Shown here in pieces: positions 35,491 through 44,212 of a stretch of 64,000 nt of DNA (positions are counted from its first letter, which is position 1; the number at the start of each line of letters is the position of its first letter). The position numbers and the translations under genes are program-made. A model generated the notes under the pieces. It worked only from the letters and a program-made list of their open reading frames with translations, ran no database searches and had not been told where the DNA came from. Origin of the DNA: Polyangiales bacterium (GTDB taxonomy: Bacteria; Myxococcota_A; Polyangia; Polyangiales; Polyangiaceae); the NCBI GenBank assembly GCA_038230375.1, contig JBBRNJ010000005.1, forward strand, positions 64,001-128,000, in the 5' to 3' direction.

Positions 35491-35954
35491 AACACCTCCC
35501 CCTGAACCTTCACCTCCCCCTCAACCATCACCTCCCCGTCAACCTCCCCCTAAACCTAAACCTTCACCTCGCCCTCGCCGTCGCCCTCTCCGTCGCCCTC
35601 TCCCTCACCGCCTGCGCCCACGCAGAGTCCCACGCCGCCATGTTCCGCGAGCCCCGCCCGCCCGTGTCTTCCGTCGACCTGATCTCCGCCGACACCCCCG
35701 TCACGCGTCCATACACGGAGCTAGGTCTGGTCCAGGCATTCGGCTTCGGTGACACCGCAGCCTCCGAGGACGTCGTCCGCGAGCTCCGCGCAAGGGCCGC
35801 CTCTCTGGGCTGCGAGGGCATCATTCGCATGCGTATCGACGTCGGATACACCCGTTCCCACGGCGCGGGTGTTTGCGTACGCTGGGACGGTGGCCCCAGT
35901 CCCGGGGCCGGAGTCCGCACCGACCCGATGCCCCAGCCAGGAGCCCTCCAGTGA
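35487..35954 (+). CDS. lipoprotein, YbjQ-like; signal region expanded by hexamer repeats
   Basis: Lipobox LTAC; RPYTELGLVQA...RARAASLGCEGII; ATGA overlap. Confidence 0.7.
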   Translation: MKHLPLNLHLPLNHHLPVNLPLNLNLHLALAVALSVALSLTACAHAESHAAMFREPRPPVSSVDLISADTPVTRPYTELGLVQAFGFGDTAASEDVVRELRARAASLGCEGIIRMRIDVGYTRSHGAGVCVRWDGGPSPGAGVRTDPMPQPGALQ

Positions 35955-37534
35955 CCGTCGGAAACGCGCGACCAAGCACGTCGTTCGACGCGGTGCTGCG
36001 CGCAGAGGGCCTGGTGACGGAGCGCATCTATGCCTCGCTCGAGAGCGAGGCCCACGCAGGTTCGGCGCCGGTCTTTCCACGCACCAACGCCTTCGGCGAA
36101 GAGATCCTCCTCGACAAGAGCGCTGACTTCTCCGCGCTCGTGTCTTTCGCGAAGGAGGCCGCGGAGTCTGGCGTTCGCATCACGCTGATCGGAACAGCGC
36201 CAGAGGTGCTCGCGGCCCGCAGGCCACTGCGCGCGCTGGTCGCATCACGCCTGGGAGTCTGCGTGCACGTGCTCGCGGATCCACACGCCATGCGCGGTGC
36301 TGTCTACGGGCTGCTCGACCTTGGCTTTGGCCTTTTGTTCTCGTCCGGGCCAGAGGATTCGTTCGATCTGGCACTCATCGCACGCCGCGCCGCGGAGGAC
36401 TGCGGTGTTCCGTTCTTCGTGGTGCACGAGCACGCGCAGCTCACGTCGTACGAGGTGGTGTCCATGCGTGACGCCGACGCGCTCGGAGCCTACGTCGGTG
36501 CGCCGCGCGCGCGCCTCTCCAAGTTGAGCGACCCATCGCACCCGGTGTTCGTCCAGGCGGACGAGCGCACGTTTGCTCGTCGCGCATCCTTCGCGCTCTC
36601 GTCTGCGCTGCGCGGGTTCGAGTCCGTGGCGCATCGCCGTCATGACGTGATGGAGCGCGCGGGGCCAGGCGCCCTTGGCGGCGCCGGCGAGGCGGACGCA
36701 GTGCTCGTGGGACTGGGGGTGACCGGAGACTGCCTGCTCGGTGTTGCGGAGCGCTCGCAGAACGGCCCGCGCCCGCTCGCCGCGCTGAAGATCACCGCGC
36801 TCAGGCCGCTGGACGGTCCGCGCATCGTGAAGACGCTTGCCCGGGCACACGGCGTCACCGTGATCGAGGCAGGGCTGGATCCGCTGACGGAGACCATGCC
36901 GCTCGCCCGCGAGCTGAAGGCCGCGTTCACGGACGCGATCACCTGGGCGCCGGGATATCCCGGTGTTGGTCGCGTGCCCCGCTTCACGTCCGCAGTGCTC
37001 GGACAGGGCGGCCTGACCGAGGACGACCTTGCCGCCGCCATCTGCAACATGCGCGATGGGGACACCGCCAGCCGCTCGTTCGTCTTCGGCGAAGCCGACG
37101 CGCCACGCAAGGCGACCGAGGCCGACCGCGACGTATCCACCGCGCCGCGCATCCGCGTCTCCTGCAAGGACCCGGAGTCCGCGGCGAAGGTCGCGCGATG
37201 CATCCTTGCCGCGGTGACGGGCGCGGCCGGCCTGCGCGCGCGCGCCGCGCTCCGCGCCGGTGACGAGGGCGCGGTGTTCGTGGACGTCTCCGCAAGCAGG
37301 GACCTTGCCCGCGCCGAGCCCGTGCGCGGCTCCTTCGACTGGGCCATGCCCATGCGCGACGACGAGGCGAGCTCCGCCGCGCTTGCCGCTGCGTTCATCA
37401 TCCACGCGCATCGCGCTCTGGTCGACGGCGGTCAGATCGCAAGCGAGATCGCCGCTACGTCGGGCAACCCAGAGGATGCGACCCACGCGCGCGCCGCCGT
37501 CGAGTCCGGTCGCTGGCGCACGCGAGCGTCCTAG
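35951..37534 (+). CDS. degenerate pyruvate:ferredoxin oxidoreductase-like protein (N-terminal domains only)
   Basis: FDLALIARRAAE, ADAVLVGLG, LKITALRPL, VTVIE, GLTEDDLAA echo PFOR domains I-II; no YPITP, ferredoxin or TPP motifs. Confidence 0.6.
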   Translation: MTVGNARPSTSFDAVLRAEGLVTERIYASLESEAHAGSAPVFPRTNAFGEEILLDKSADFSALVSFAKEAAESGVRITLIGTAPEVLAARRPLRALVASRLGVCVHVLADPHAMRGAVYGLLDLGFGLLFSSGPEDSFDLALIARRAAEDCGVPFFVVHEHAQLTSYEVVSMRDADALGAYVGAPRARLSKLSDPSHPVFVQADERTFARRASFALSSALRGFESVAHRRHDVMERAGPGALGGAGEADAVLVGLGVTGDCLLGVAERSQNGPRPLAALKITALRPLDGPRIVKTLARAHGVTVIEAGLDPLTETMPLARELKAAFTDAITWAPGYPGVGRVPRFTSAVLGQGGLTEDDLAAAICNMRDGDTASRSFVFGEADAPRKATEADRDVSTAPRIRVSCKDPESAAKVARCILAAVTGAAGLRARAALRAGDEGAVFVDVSASRDLARAEPVRGSFDWAMPMRDDEASSAALAAAFIIHAHRALVDGGQIASEIAATSGNPEDATHARAAVESGRWRTRAS

Positions 37535-37547
37535 AAGGCCCGGTCGC

Positions 37548-38492
37548 GTGCGCATTCGATCACCATTCGTACTCGTGATGGCGCTCTTCGTGCCTGCGCT
37601 GGCGCTTGCTCAGCCCATGTCGGACGACGACGGCGAGGACGAGCCGAAGCCGTTGCCTGCTCCGAGCACCTCCGCCGCTTCATCCGCCGACATGAAACCG
37701 GACGCGGATGCGGGCGCGAAGGTCGCGTCGTCCGCGTCGTCCGCGTCGTCCGCGTCGTCCAGCGCACATCCGCCCGGGCCACCGCACGCGCAGGTCCCGG
37801 GCATGGTCTTCATCCCTGGTGGCCGCTTCGTCATGGGGGCCGCCGCAGCGGACAAGACCTCGGCTCCGAACGAGCGGCCGTCACACACGGAGGTCGTGCC
37901 GGCCTTCTACATCGACAAGATGGAGGTGACCGTGGACGCGTACCACGCGTGCGTGGAGAAGCGCGCGTGCCTGGTGCCGGCCATAACAAGTGCACTATGC
38001 ACCTATTCGCTTTTCGACCCTCTGCTTCCCGTCAGCTGCGTGCACTGGTCCGACGCGGACGCCTACTGCCGCAGCGTGGCCAAGCGTCTTCCGCGCGAGG
38101 TCGAGTGGGAGCTGGCGGCGCGAGGCAGATCGGCCGCGCGCTTTCCGTGGGGCGGCGCGCCCGGTGGCTGCAACTTCGCCGCGACGCTGCTGCACGAGTC
38201 CACCGGTCGGAGCTGCTCCGGCAAGCGGCCCTCGCGCGTGGGCACGCACCTGTCGGGTCAGAGCCCGTTCGGCGTGATGGACATGTCCGGCAACGTCGAG
38301 GAGTGGGTGAGTGACTTCTACGTCGAGCACATCGCGGAGGGCGTTGCGCCTCGCTCGGGCGCTAGCCGTGTGCTGCGGGGCGGGGGCTGGCTCTCGCCGC
38401 CGTCCATGACGAAGGCCACGTCGCGCAACTGGGGCTCTGCGCTGGAGGCGGGGCCCAACGTTGGCTTCCGCTGCGCCAAGGACAAGGACTGA
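37548..38492 (+). CDS. FGE-sulfatase (SUMF1/EgtB/PvdO) domain protein, exported
   Basis: FYIDKMEVT, PVSCVHWSDA, RLPREVEWELAAR, DMSGNVEEW, RGGGW, GFRC. Confidence 0.92.
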   Translation: MRIRSPFVLVMALFVPALALAQPMSDDDGEDEPKPLPAPSTSAASSADMKPDADAGAKVASSASSASSASSSAHPPGPPHAQVPGMVFIPGGRFVMGAAAADKTSAPNERPSHTEVVPAFYIDKMEVTVDAYHACVEKRACLVPAITSALCTYSLFDPLLPVSCVHWSDADAYCRSVAKRLPREVEWELAARGRSAARFPWGGAPGGCNFAATLLHESTGRSCSGKRPSRVGTHLSGQSPFGVMDMSGNVEEWVSDFYVEHIAEGVAPRSGASRVLRGGGWLSPPSMTKATSRNWGSALEAGPNVGFRCAKDKD

Positions 38493-39638
38493 ATGGAGCG
38501 CTTCGGACGGCAGGGCAACCTGAGCAAGCAGGCCCAGGCGTGGTGGACCGCCTCACGCGCGCTTGGCTTCGAGCTGCGCGACGACACCAACGGCAACACG
38601 GTTCCGCCCGTCTGGGACACCATGGTCGCCTCGCTGCGGCCGCACACGCAGCTCTCCGAGCACAACTGGATGGTCGGTGTGGTGGACGGCGTGCCTGCCA
38701 TGATCACCTACTATTTTCGTGACGGCGGCTCGAGCAGCGACACGCACTGCACGTACGCGATGGTGCAGATCGATCCGCCGCTCTTCCTGGGAATGCACCT
38801 GTCGCGCAGGACATGGCTCTGCGGCGTCCCGAAGATCGGCGTGCCGTTCTTCGACGACGGGCTCTACGTGCAAGCCTTTCAGCCCGAGCGCGGCCACGCG
38901 ATGGTGTGGCCAGGCCGCCAGCCGCCGCTCGCCGACCACGCGCTCTCTGCCGTCGCGCGCGGCATGAATCCGGACGCCTACGATACGTTCGCCGCGACGT
39001 CGGTCTCGCGCTTCGAGGCGGACCCGAGCGTCCTCCAGGAAATGCTCGCCCGTGCGTCCGCGCTCGCGCGCGCGGCGGTGGAGCGGCGCGTGACGATCGG
39101 CGAGACCCGCGACGAGACCCTCGTTCGTGACGCATGGGCGCACTTCGCGGAGCGCGAGCGGTTCGCCTTTGACGTGCCCCGGCGCACCCTGCGCGGGAAT
39201 TTCCAGGGGTTCGAGGCGCACGTCCTCACGCGCAGTAGCCCGACGACGATGTGGAATCAGATCTTGCTGAGCCTGCCCACGGACACCGGCATGAGCGTGG
39301 ACGTCGCGCCGGAGTCCGGGCTCACGCGGTTCGCGAACGTCATAGGCTTCTCCGATATCGAGGTGGGGGACGCCGCGTTCGATCGCGCCCTCCGCCTGAA
39401 GGGTAGTCCCGCGCCGCTCGTCCGCGCGTTCTTCGCACGGGCGGAGACACGCGCCCATGCCATTGCGCTGGTCCAGAAGTACGGTCGCTTCGCGGTGCTG
39501 GGACGCTTCGTGAGCCTCGGGATGCCGCGGCCGTGCGTGAGCGAAGCAGAGCTGTGGGCCGTGCTGATGGACGTTGCGACCCTGGCGGCAGCCGCGACAG
39601 GAAAAGTAGCACCGCAACAGGGCCCGTACCGAGGTTGA
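38493..39638 (+). CDS. hypothetical protein with two internally repeated domains
   Basis: Parallel segments KIGVPFFDDGLYV and EVGDAAFDRALRL, each preceded by a W-x3-A-x3-G/F helix. Confidence 0.7.
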   Translation: MERFGRQGNLSKQAQAWWTASRALGFELRDDTNGNTVPPVWDTMVASLRPHTQLSEHNWMVGVVDGVPAMITYYFRDGGSSSDTHCTYAMVQIDPPLFLGMHLSRRTWLCGVPKIGVPFFDDGLYVQAFQPERGHAMVWPGRQPPLADHALSAVARGMNPDAYDTFAATSVSRFEADPSVLQEMLARASALARAAVERRVTIGETRDETLVRDAWAHFAERERFAFDVPRRTLRGNFQGFEAHVLTRSSPTTMWNQILLSLPTDTGMSVDVAPESGLTRFANVIGFSDIEVGDAAFDRALRLKGSPAPLVRAFFARAETRAHAIALVQKYGRFAVLGRFVSLGMPRPCVSEAELWAVLMDVATLAAAATGKVAPQQGPYRG

Positions 39639-39804
39639 GGTCGAGGTCGAGGTCGAGGTCGAGGTCAAGGTCGAGGTCGAGGTCGAGGTCGAGGTCGAGG
39701 TTCGGGTCGAGGTTCAGGTCGAAGTTCAGGTCGAGGTCGAAGTTCAGGTCAAAGTTCAGGTCGAAGTTCGGGTCGAAGTTCGGGTCGAAGTTCAGGTCGA
39801 GGTC
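39631..39804 (+). repeat. 29-unit hexamer microsatellite: (GAGGTC)n shifting to 12-bp (GAAGTT-CRGGTC)n
   Basis: Strict 6-bp periodicity over 174 bp, read directly. Confidence 0.95.
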
Positions 39805-40007
39805 TACGTTCGGGAACAAATAGTGCTCTCGGCGGGCTTCTGGCTCACGCTCCGCCGCTGTGGCAGGGCTGCCTCGTGGCGGCGGAAAACACGACCCCGC
39901 ATTGACTTGCCCCCCCCCTCTCGACTATCCCCCACTTCCCCTGTCCATCGATTTCGCGGGCTCCCCGCGAGGCCGGCGGTGCGCGGGTAAAAAAGGCGGA
40001 ATTTCTC

Positions 40008-40424
40008 ATGTTTCAAAACGCTGGACCCAAGGCCGGAACCCCGGGCGTAGCCCAAGACCCCGCAGGCGCCGCTGGTGCTGGCGGAGCTCCGGCCGCTGCG
40101 CCCCCGGGCGGCGCGCTCACGATGTTCCTGCCGCTGCTCATCATGGTCCCCTTTCTCTTCCTGATGTTCCGCCGTCAGAAGAAGGAGTCGGAGTCGCGCA
40201 AAGGCCTGAAGAAGGGCGACAAGGTCGTGACCCAGTCCGGCCTCATCGGTGAGCTCCTCGAGATGGACGAGAAGATCGCCAAGGTGAAGATCGCGCCAGG
40301 CGTGAACGTCCAGGTTCTGGCGAGCAGCCTTGGGCCGCTCGACGCCGCCGCGCCCGCCAAGGCCGACGACAAGGATCTGAAGGATCTCAAGGAAGCCAAA
40401 GCGGCTGCCGCCGACAAGAAGTAG
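40008..40424 (+). CDS. yajC: preprotein translocase subunit YajC
   Basis: Single TM helix, LKKGDKVVTQSGLIG; upstream of secD. Confidence 0.93.
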   Translation: MFQNAGPKAGTPGVAQDPAGAAGAGGAPAAAPPGGALTMFLPLLIMVPFLFLMFRRQKKESESRKGLKKGDKVVTQSGLIGELLEMDEKIAKVKIAPGVNVQVLASSLGPLDAAAPAKADDKDLKDLKEAKAAAADKK

Positions 40425-40431
40425 GACTCGT

Positions 40432-42441
40432 TTGAAACGCAATCTCCTCATCCTCATCGCCCTCAGCGCCGGCGCTGGCGGTCTCTTTTTCCACTACGAT
40501 TCGTTCTGGGGATTGGTCACCACCATCCTCATCGTCGTGTGGTCCGCCATTGGCCTCCTCAACGTGATGGATGGGGCGTGGCGCGCGAGGCTGGGCTTCG
40601 CCGTGTGTGCATTCCTGCTCGCGTTCACGGCGCTCTGGCCGACCGCGAACACCATGTCTGGCGGCAAGATCCCGTGCCCCACGTACGTGAAGGATCGCAT
40701 CACCTTCGGCATCGCGAAGGGGCTCGACCTGCAGGGCGGACTCCGCCTCGTGTACACGGTCGAAGTCGAAGAGGCGATCCGCGACAAGCGCGATCACTTC
40801 GCGGACGAGATGCGGCACGAGCTTGCCATCACGTACGACTTCCACAAGGGTGATGGTCTCCTCCGCCGCGAGGAGATTGCCCTGCTCGACGGCAAGGTGA
40901 AGATCGCGTACGGCGCGGAGACCTCGATCCTGCGCGTGATCTTCAAGGACCCGGCGGACGTCTCCAAGATCGACGAGCGCTTCTCGAAGAAGTTCACGGG
41001 CGAGCTCTCGCAGCAGAAGGGCAAGGAGCCGGGCGAGGTCGTCTTCAAGATCCGCACCGACGTGGAGACCCAGATCCGCGAGCGCGCGGTCACCCAGGCG
41101 AAAGACACGGTCATCCGCCGCGTCGACGCGCTGGCCCTACGCGAGGCCTCCGTCACCGTCCGCGACGAGGACATCGTCATCGAGGTGCCGGGCAAGGACA
41201 AGAAGGCCTTCGACGAGATCAAGGAGACGATCCGTCAGACTGCACGCCTCGAGTTCAAGATGGTCGACGACGAGTCGGACTTCTTCGGCAACATCAAGGA
41301 CACGGACCTGCCCGAGGGCGAAGGCATCTCGATCTACCAGGAGCAGGCGCCCGGCGGCGTAGGCAAGACCGTGCAGACGCACTTCGCGCGCGTCGTGAAG
41401 CGCGAGAACGAGTCGATGCTCCAGGCGCGCGACCGCTTCAAGAAGTGGGCGAAGTCGCTGAACGTGCCGGACGACCACCAGGTCGGCTTCGAGGAGATCA
41501 TCGACTACGACGCGGATGAGGGAAAGACCACCGAGGTCGGCTGGCGCACCTTCTACATGTTCTCTCGCGCAGAGGTCACTGGTGACTACATCACCGACGC
41601 CACCGTCGCGCAGGACACGCAGAACGGCATGGGCAACTTCTACGTCGCCGTGACGTTCAGCCCCGCCGGCGCGGACCGCTTCGAGGAGATCACCGGCGCG
41701 AACGTGCAGCGTCGATTCGCGATCATCCTGGACGACGCGATCAACTCGGCGCCCGTCATCAAATCCAAGATCGGCGGCGGTCGCGCAAGCATCACGCTCG
41801 GCGGCGGCGATCCCGAGAAGCAGCTGAAGGACGCGAAGAAGCTCGAGATGGTGCTCCGCTCCGGAGCGCTCCCCGCGCCGATCACGCCGTCGAACGAGTC
41901 GCTCATCGGCCCCACCCTCGGCGAGGACGCGATCAGCAACGGCGGCAAGGGCGCCGTCGTCGGCATGGGCCTCGTGCTCATCTTCATGATCATCTACTAC
42001 CGGAAGGCCGGTGTGGTCGCTGACAGCGCGGTGCTCTTCAACCTGCTCCTGCAGATGGCGATCTTCGCGTCTCTCGGCGGCACGATGACCCTGCCTGGAA
42101 TCGCCGGTCTCGCGCTCACGGTAGGTATGGCGGTCGACGCGAACGTGCTCATCAACGAGCGCATCCGTGAAGAGCTCCGTGCAGGCCGCAGCATCCGCGC
42201 CGCGGTCGAGGCGGGGTACGACAAGGCGTTCGCGTCCATCCTGGATGGTCACGTCACGGTCTTCATCTCCGGCCTCATCCTGTCGCAGTACGGCACGGGA
42301 CCAGTCAAGGGCTTCGCCTACACGCTCATCATCGGGATCGTGGCGAGCCTCTACACAGGCGTGTTCTGTACGCGCATCGTCTTCGATTGGTGGGCGCGTG
42401 GCGCCAAGGTCACGCGCCTCAGCGTCGGCGCTGAGTTCTAG
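40432..42441 (+). CDS. secD: protein translocase subunit SecD
   Basis: GLDLQGG, LRSGALPA, IGPTLG, TLPGIAG, GMAVDANVLINERIREE; start TTG 40432 or ATG 40567. Confidence 0.96.
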   Translation: MKRNLLILIALSAGAGGLFFHYDSFWGLVTTILIVVWSAIGLLNVMDGAWRARLGFAVCAFLLAFTALWPTANTMSGGKIPCPTYVKDRITFGIAKGLDLQGGLRLVYTVEVEEAIRDKRDHFADEMRHELAITYDFHKGDGLLRREEIALLDGKVKIAYGAETSILRVIFKDPADVSKIDERFSKKFTGELSQQKGKEPGEVVFKIRTDVETQIRERAVTQAKDTVIRRVDALALREASVTVRDEDIVIEVPGKDKKAFDEIKETIRQTARLEFKMVDDESDFFGNIKDTDLPEGEGISIYQEQAPGGVGKTVQTHFARVVKRENESMLQARDRFKKWAKSLNVPDDHQVGFEEIIDYDADEGKTTEVGWRTFYMFSRAEVTGDYITDATVAQDTQNGMGNFYVAVTFSPAGADRFEEITGANVQRRFAIILDDAINSAPVIKSKIGGGRASITLGGGDPEKQLKDAKKLEMVLRSGALPAPITPSNESLIGPTLGEDAISNGGKGAVVGMGLVLIFMIIYYRKAGVVADSAVLFNLLLQMAIFASLGGTMTLPGIAGLALTVGMAVDANVLINERIREELRAGRSIRAAVEAGYDKAFASILDGHVTVFISGLILSQYGTGPVKGFAYTLIIGIVASLYTGVFCTRIVFDWWARGAKVTRLSVGAEF

Positions 42442-42459
42442 GGCCCAAGGAAAAAGCAC

Positions 42460-43677
42460 ATGGAGCTCTTCAAGCCAGGCAAAGTTTACGACTTCATGGG
42501 GATGCGCCGCTTCTGGATCATCCTCTCGGCGTCGCTCGTTCTCATCAGCACCGTCCTCGTGTGGGTTCCCGGGCCGAACTACGGCACGGACTTCCGCGGC
42601 GGTACCGAGCTCGAGGTCGCGTTCACCAAGGCGATCTCGTCCAACGGCGTGCGCGAGGCGGTCACGGGCGCGGGCTTCTCCGACCCCGACGTGGTCGAGG
42701 TGAAGGACGACAAGAACCCGAACCGCTTCCTCATCCGCGTGCAAGAGGTCAGCGTGGTCGACGACGCGTCCAAGGACGCGCTCCGCAAGTCGCTGTGCCT
42801 CACCGACGACCCCTCCAAGGCCGCGAGCGACGCGTGCCCCGCGAACGCGCGCGCCACCGAGGTGAAGTTCAGCGCCGGCGGCGACAAGATCTCCGCGCGC
42901 TACGACACCGATCCGGACGTCGCGACCATCAAGAAGCAGGTCGAGAGCGTCGCCAACATGAAGCTCCGCGTGAGCCCGAACAACCCGCAGGTCATCAACC
43001 CGCGCGACCATCGCGTCGAGGTGCAGCTGCAGTCCAAGGGCGACCAGCTCATGGACGGCATGCGCAGCAAGCTCGGCGCCGACACCGTCCCCGAGCACGC
43101 GCTCCGCGTCGAGTGGGTCGGTCCCAAGGCCGGCAAGCAGCTGCGTGACAGCGCGCGTAACTCGGTCGCCATCGCGATCGTGTTCATCATGCTCTACCTG
43201 GCGTTCCGCTTCGACCTGCGCTTTGCGCCGGGCGTCGTGCTCGCGTGCATCCACGACGCCATGGTCGTCATTGGCGTGTTCATCGCGCTGCACAAGGAGA
43301 TCACGCTCTCCACCATCGCCGCCGTCCTCACCATCGTCGGTTACTCCATGAACGACACCGTCGTCGTCTACGACCGCATCCGTGAGAACCTGGGCAAGTA
43401 CCGCGGCCGCACGTTCCGCGACGTGATCAACCTCTCCGTCAGCGAGACCCTCTCGCGTACGGTCCTCACGTCCGGCGCCACCATGCTGTCCGTCCTCGCG
43501 TTCTTCATCTGGGGAACCGGCATCATCAAGGATTTCGCGCTCGCGATGGTCGTCGGCATCATCGCCGGCACGTACTCCAGCATCTACGTTGCCGCTCCGC
43601 TCACCGAGTGGATCGACGCACGTATGTCGAAGCCCACGGACATGAAGCGTCGCCTCCAGGCTCGTCCTTCTTCCTGA
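42460..43677 (+). CDS. secF: protein translocase subunit SecF
   Basis: GTDFRGG, VGPKAG, HDA, GYSMNDTVVVYDRIRE, GTYSSIYVA. Confidence 0.96.
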   Translation: MELFKPGKVYDFMGMRRFWIILSASLVLISTVLVWVPGPNYGTDFRGGTELEVAFTKAISSNGVREAVTGAGFSDPDVVEVKDDKNPNRFLIRVQEVSVVDDASKDALRKSLCLTDDPSKAASDACPANARATEVKFSAGGDKISARYDTDPDVATIKKQVESVANMKLRVSPNNPQVINPRDHRVEVQLQSKGDQLMDGMRSKLGADTVPEHALRVEWVGPKAGKQLRDSARNSVAIAIVFIMLYLAFRFDLRFAPGVVLACIHDAMVVIGVFIALHKEITLSTIAAVLTIVGYSMNDTVVVYDRIRENLGKYRGRTFRDVINLSVSETLSRTVLTSGATMLSVLAFFIWGTGIIKDFALAMVVGIIAGTYSSIYVAAPLTEWIDARMSKPTDMKRRLQARPSS

Positions 43678-43788
43678 GCGCGACCCATCCAGAGCCACTG
43701 CTCGTTCAGGCACGTGGTTGCAGGTGTGCACTGCTCGTGCTAAGGGCCGTCGTAGCTTTCGGATGTCCTCCGAAACCGCGGGGTCCTC

Positions 43789-44106
43789 ATGAACCAGCAC
43801 GTCATCGCATTCCTAGCCTCTCTCGCCGTTCTCGCCCTGGGCAGCACGGCTGTGGGCAGCGAAGGCAGCACGCAGCTCACGACGGAGCGCAGGGTCCAGG
43901 GGATCATCACGCAGGTGGAGCCCACGGTTGTCACCATCACCGGGTCCTCCAAGCGCGAGGTCGTCGGCCGGGTGGACCCGAAGGTCACGCGCATCACGGT
44001 GAACGGCCACTCGGTACAGGCCTCCGCGCTCGAGGTCACCTACGTCGCTCGTGGCGAGATCGGCCTCGACGACGTGTGGCGTTCGATCGACGCACAGGCA
44101 CGGTAA
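43789..44106 (+). CDS. small exported beta-rich protein (OB-fold/DUF5666-like)
   Basis: Signal peptide; VQGIITQV...TRITVNGHSVQASALEV pattern. Confidence 0.65.
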   Translation: MNQHVIAFLASLAVLALGSTAVGSEGSTQLTTERRVQGIITQVEPTVVTITGSSKREVVGRVDPKVTRITVNGHSVQASALEVTYVARGEIGLDDVWRSIDAQAR

Positions 44107-44212
44107 GCCGCGTTAGTAGCCACGCTGCCACGCTAAGCGGCGCCTGAGCGGGAAAACGGCTGAAAAGCGGCCGTAGGTCGCCGCCTCCCATTCAGCTATA
44201 CTGAAGGATGGG

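Noticed and set aside
37727..37760. 9-bp repeat (gcgtcgtcc)n
   Set aside because: Ordinary Ala/Ser linker (ASSASSASS) inside a CDS.
39631..39804. Possible CRISPR array
   Set aside because: No unique spacers and no cas genes; it is a simple tandem repeat.
39340..39819. ORFs through the hexamer array (DLDLNF, RSRSKF and TSTS repeat proteins)
   Set aside because: Open frames are an automatic result of a stop-free 6-bp repeat; they overlap a real gene and have no SD or domain support.
43708..43722. sigma54-like AGGCAC-gtgg-TTGCA upstream of 43789
   Set aside because: Spacing is GG-N9-GC, one base short of the required N10.
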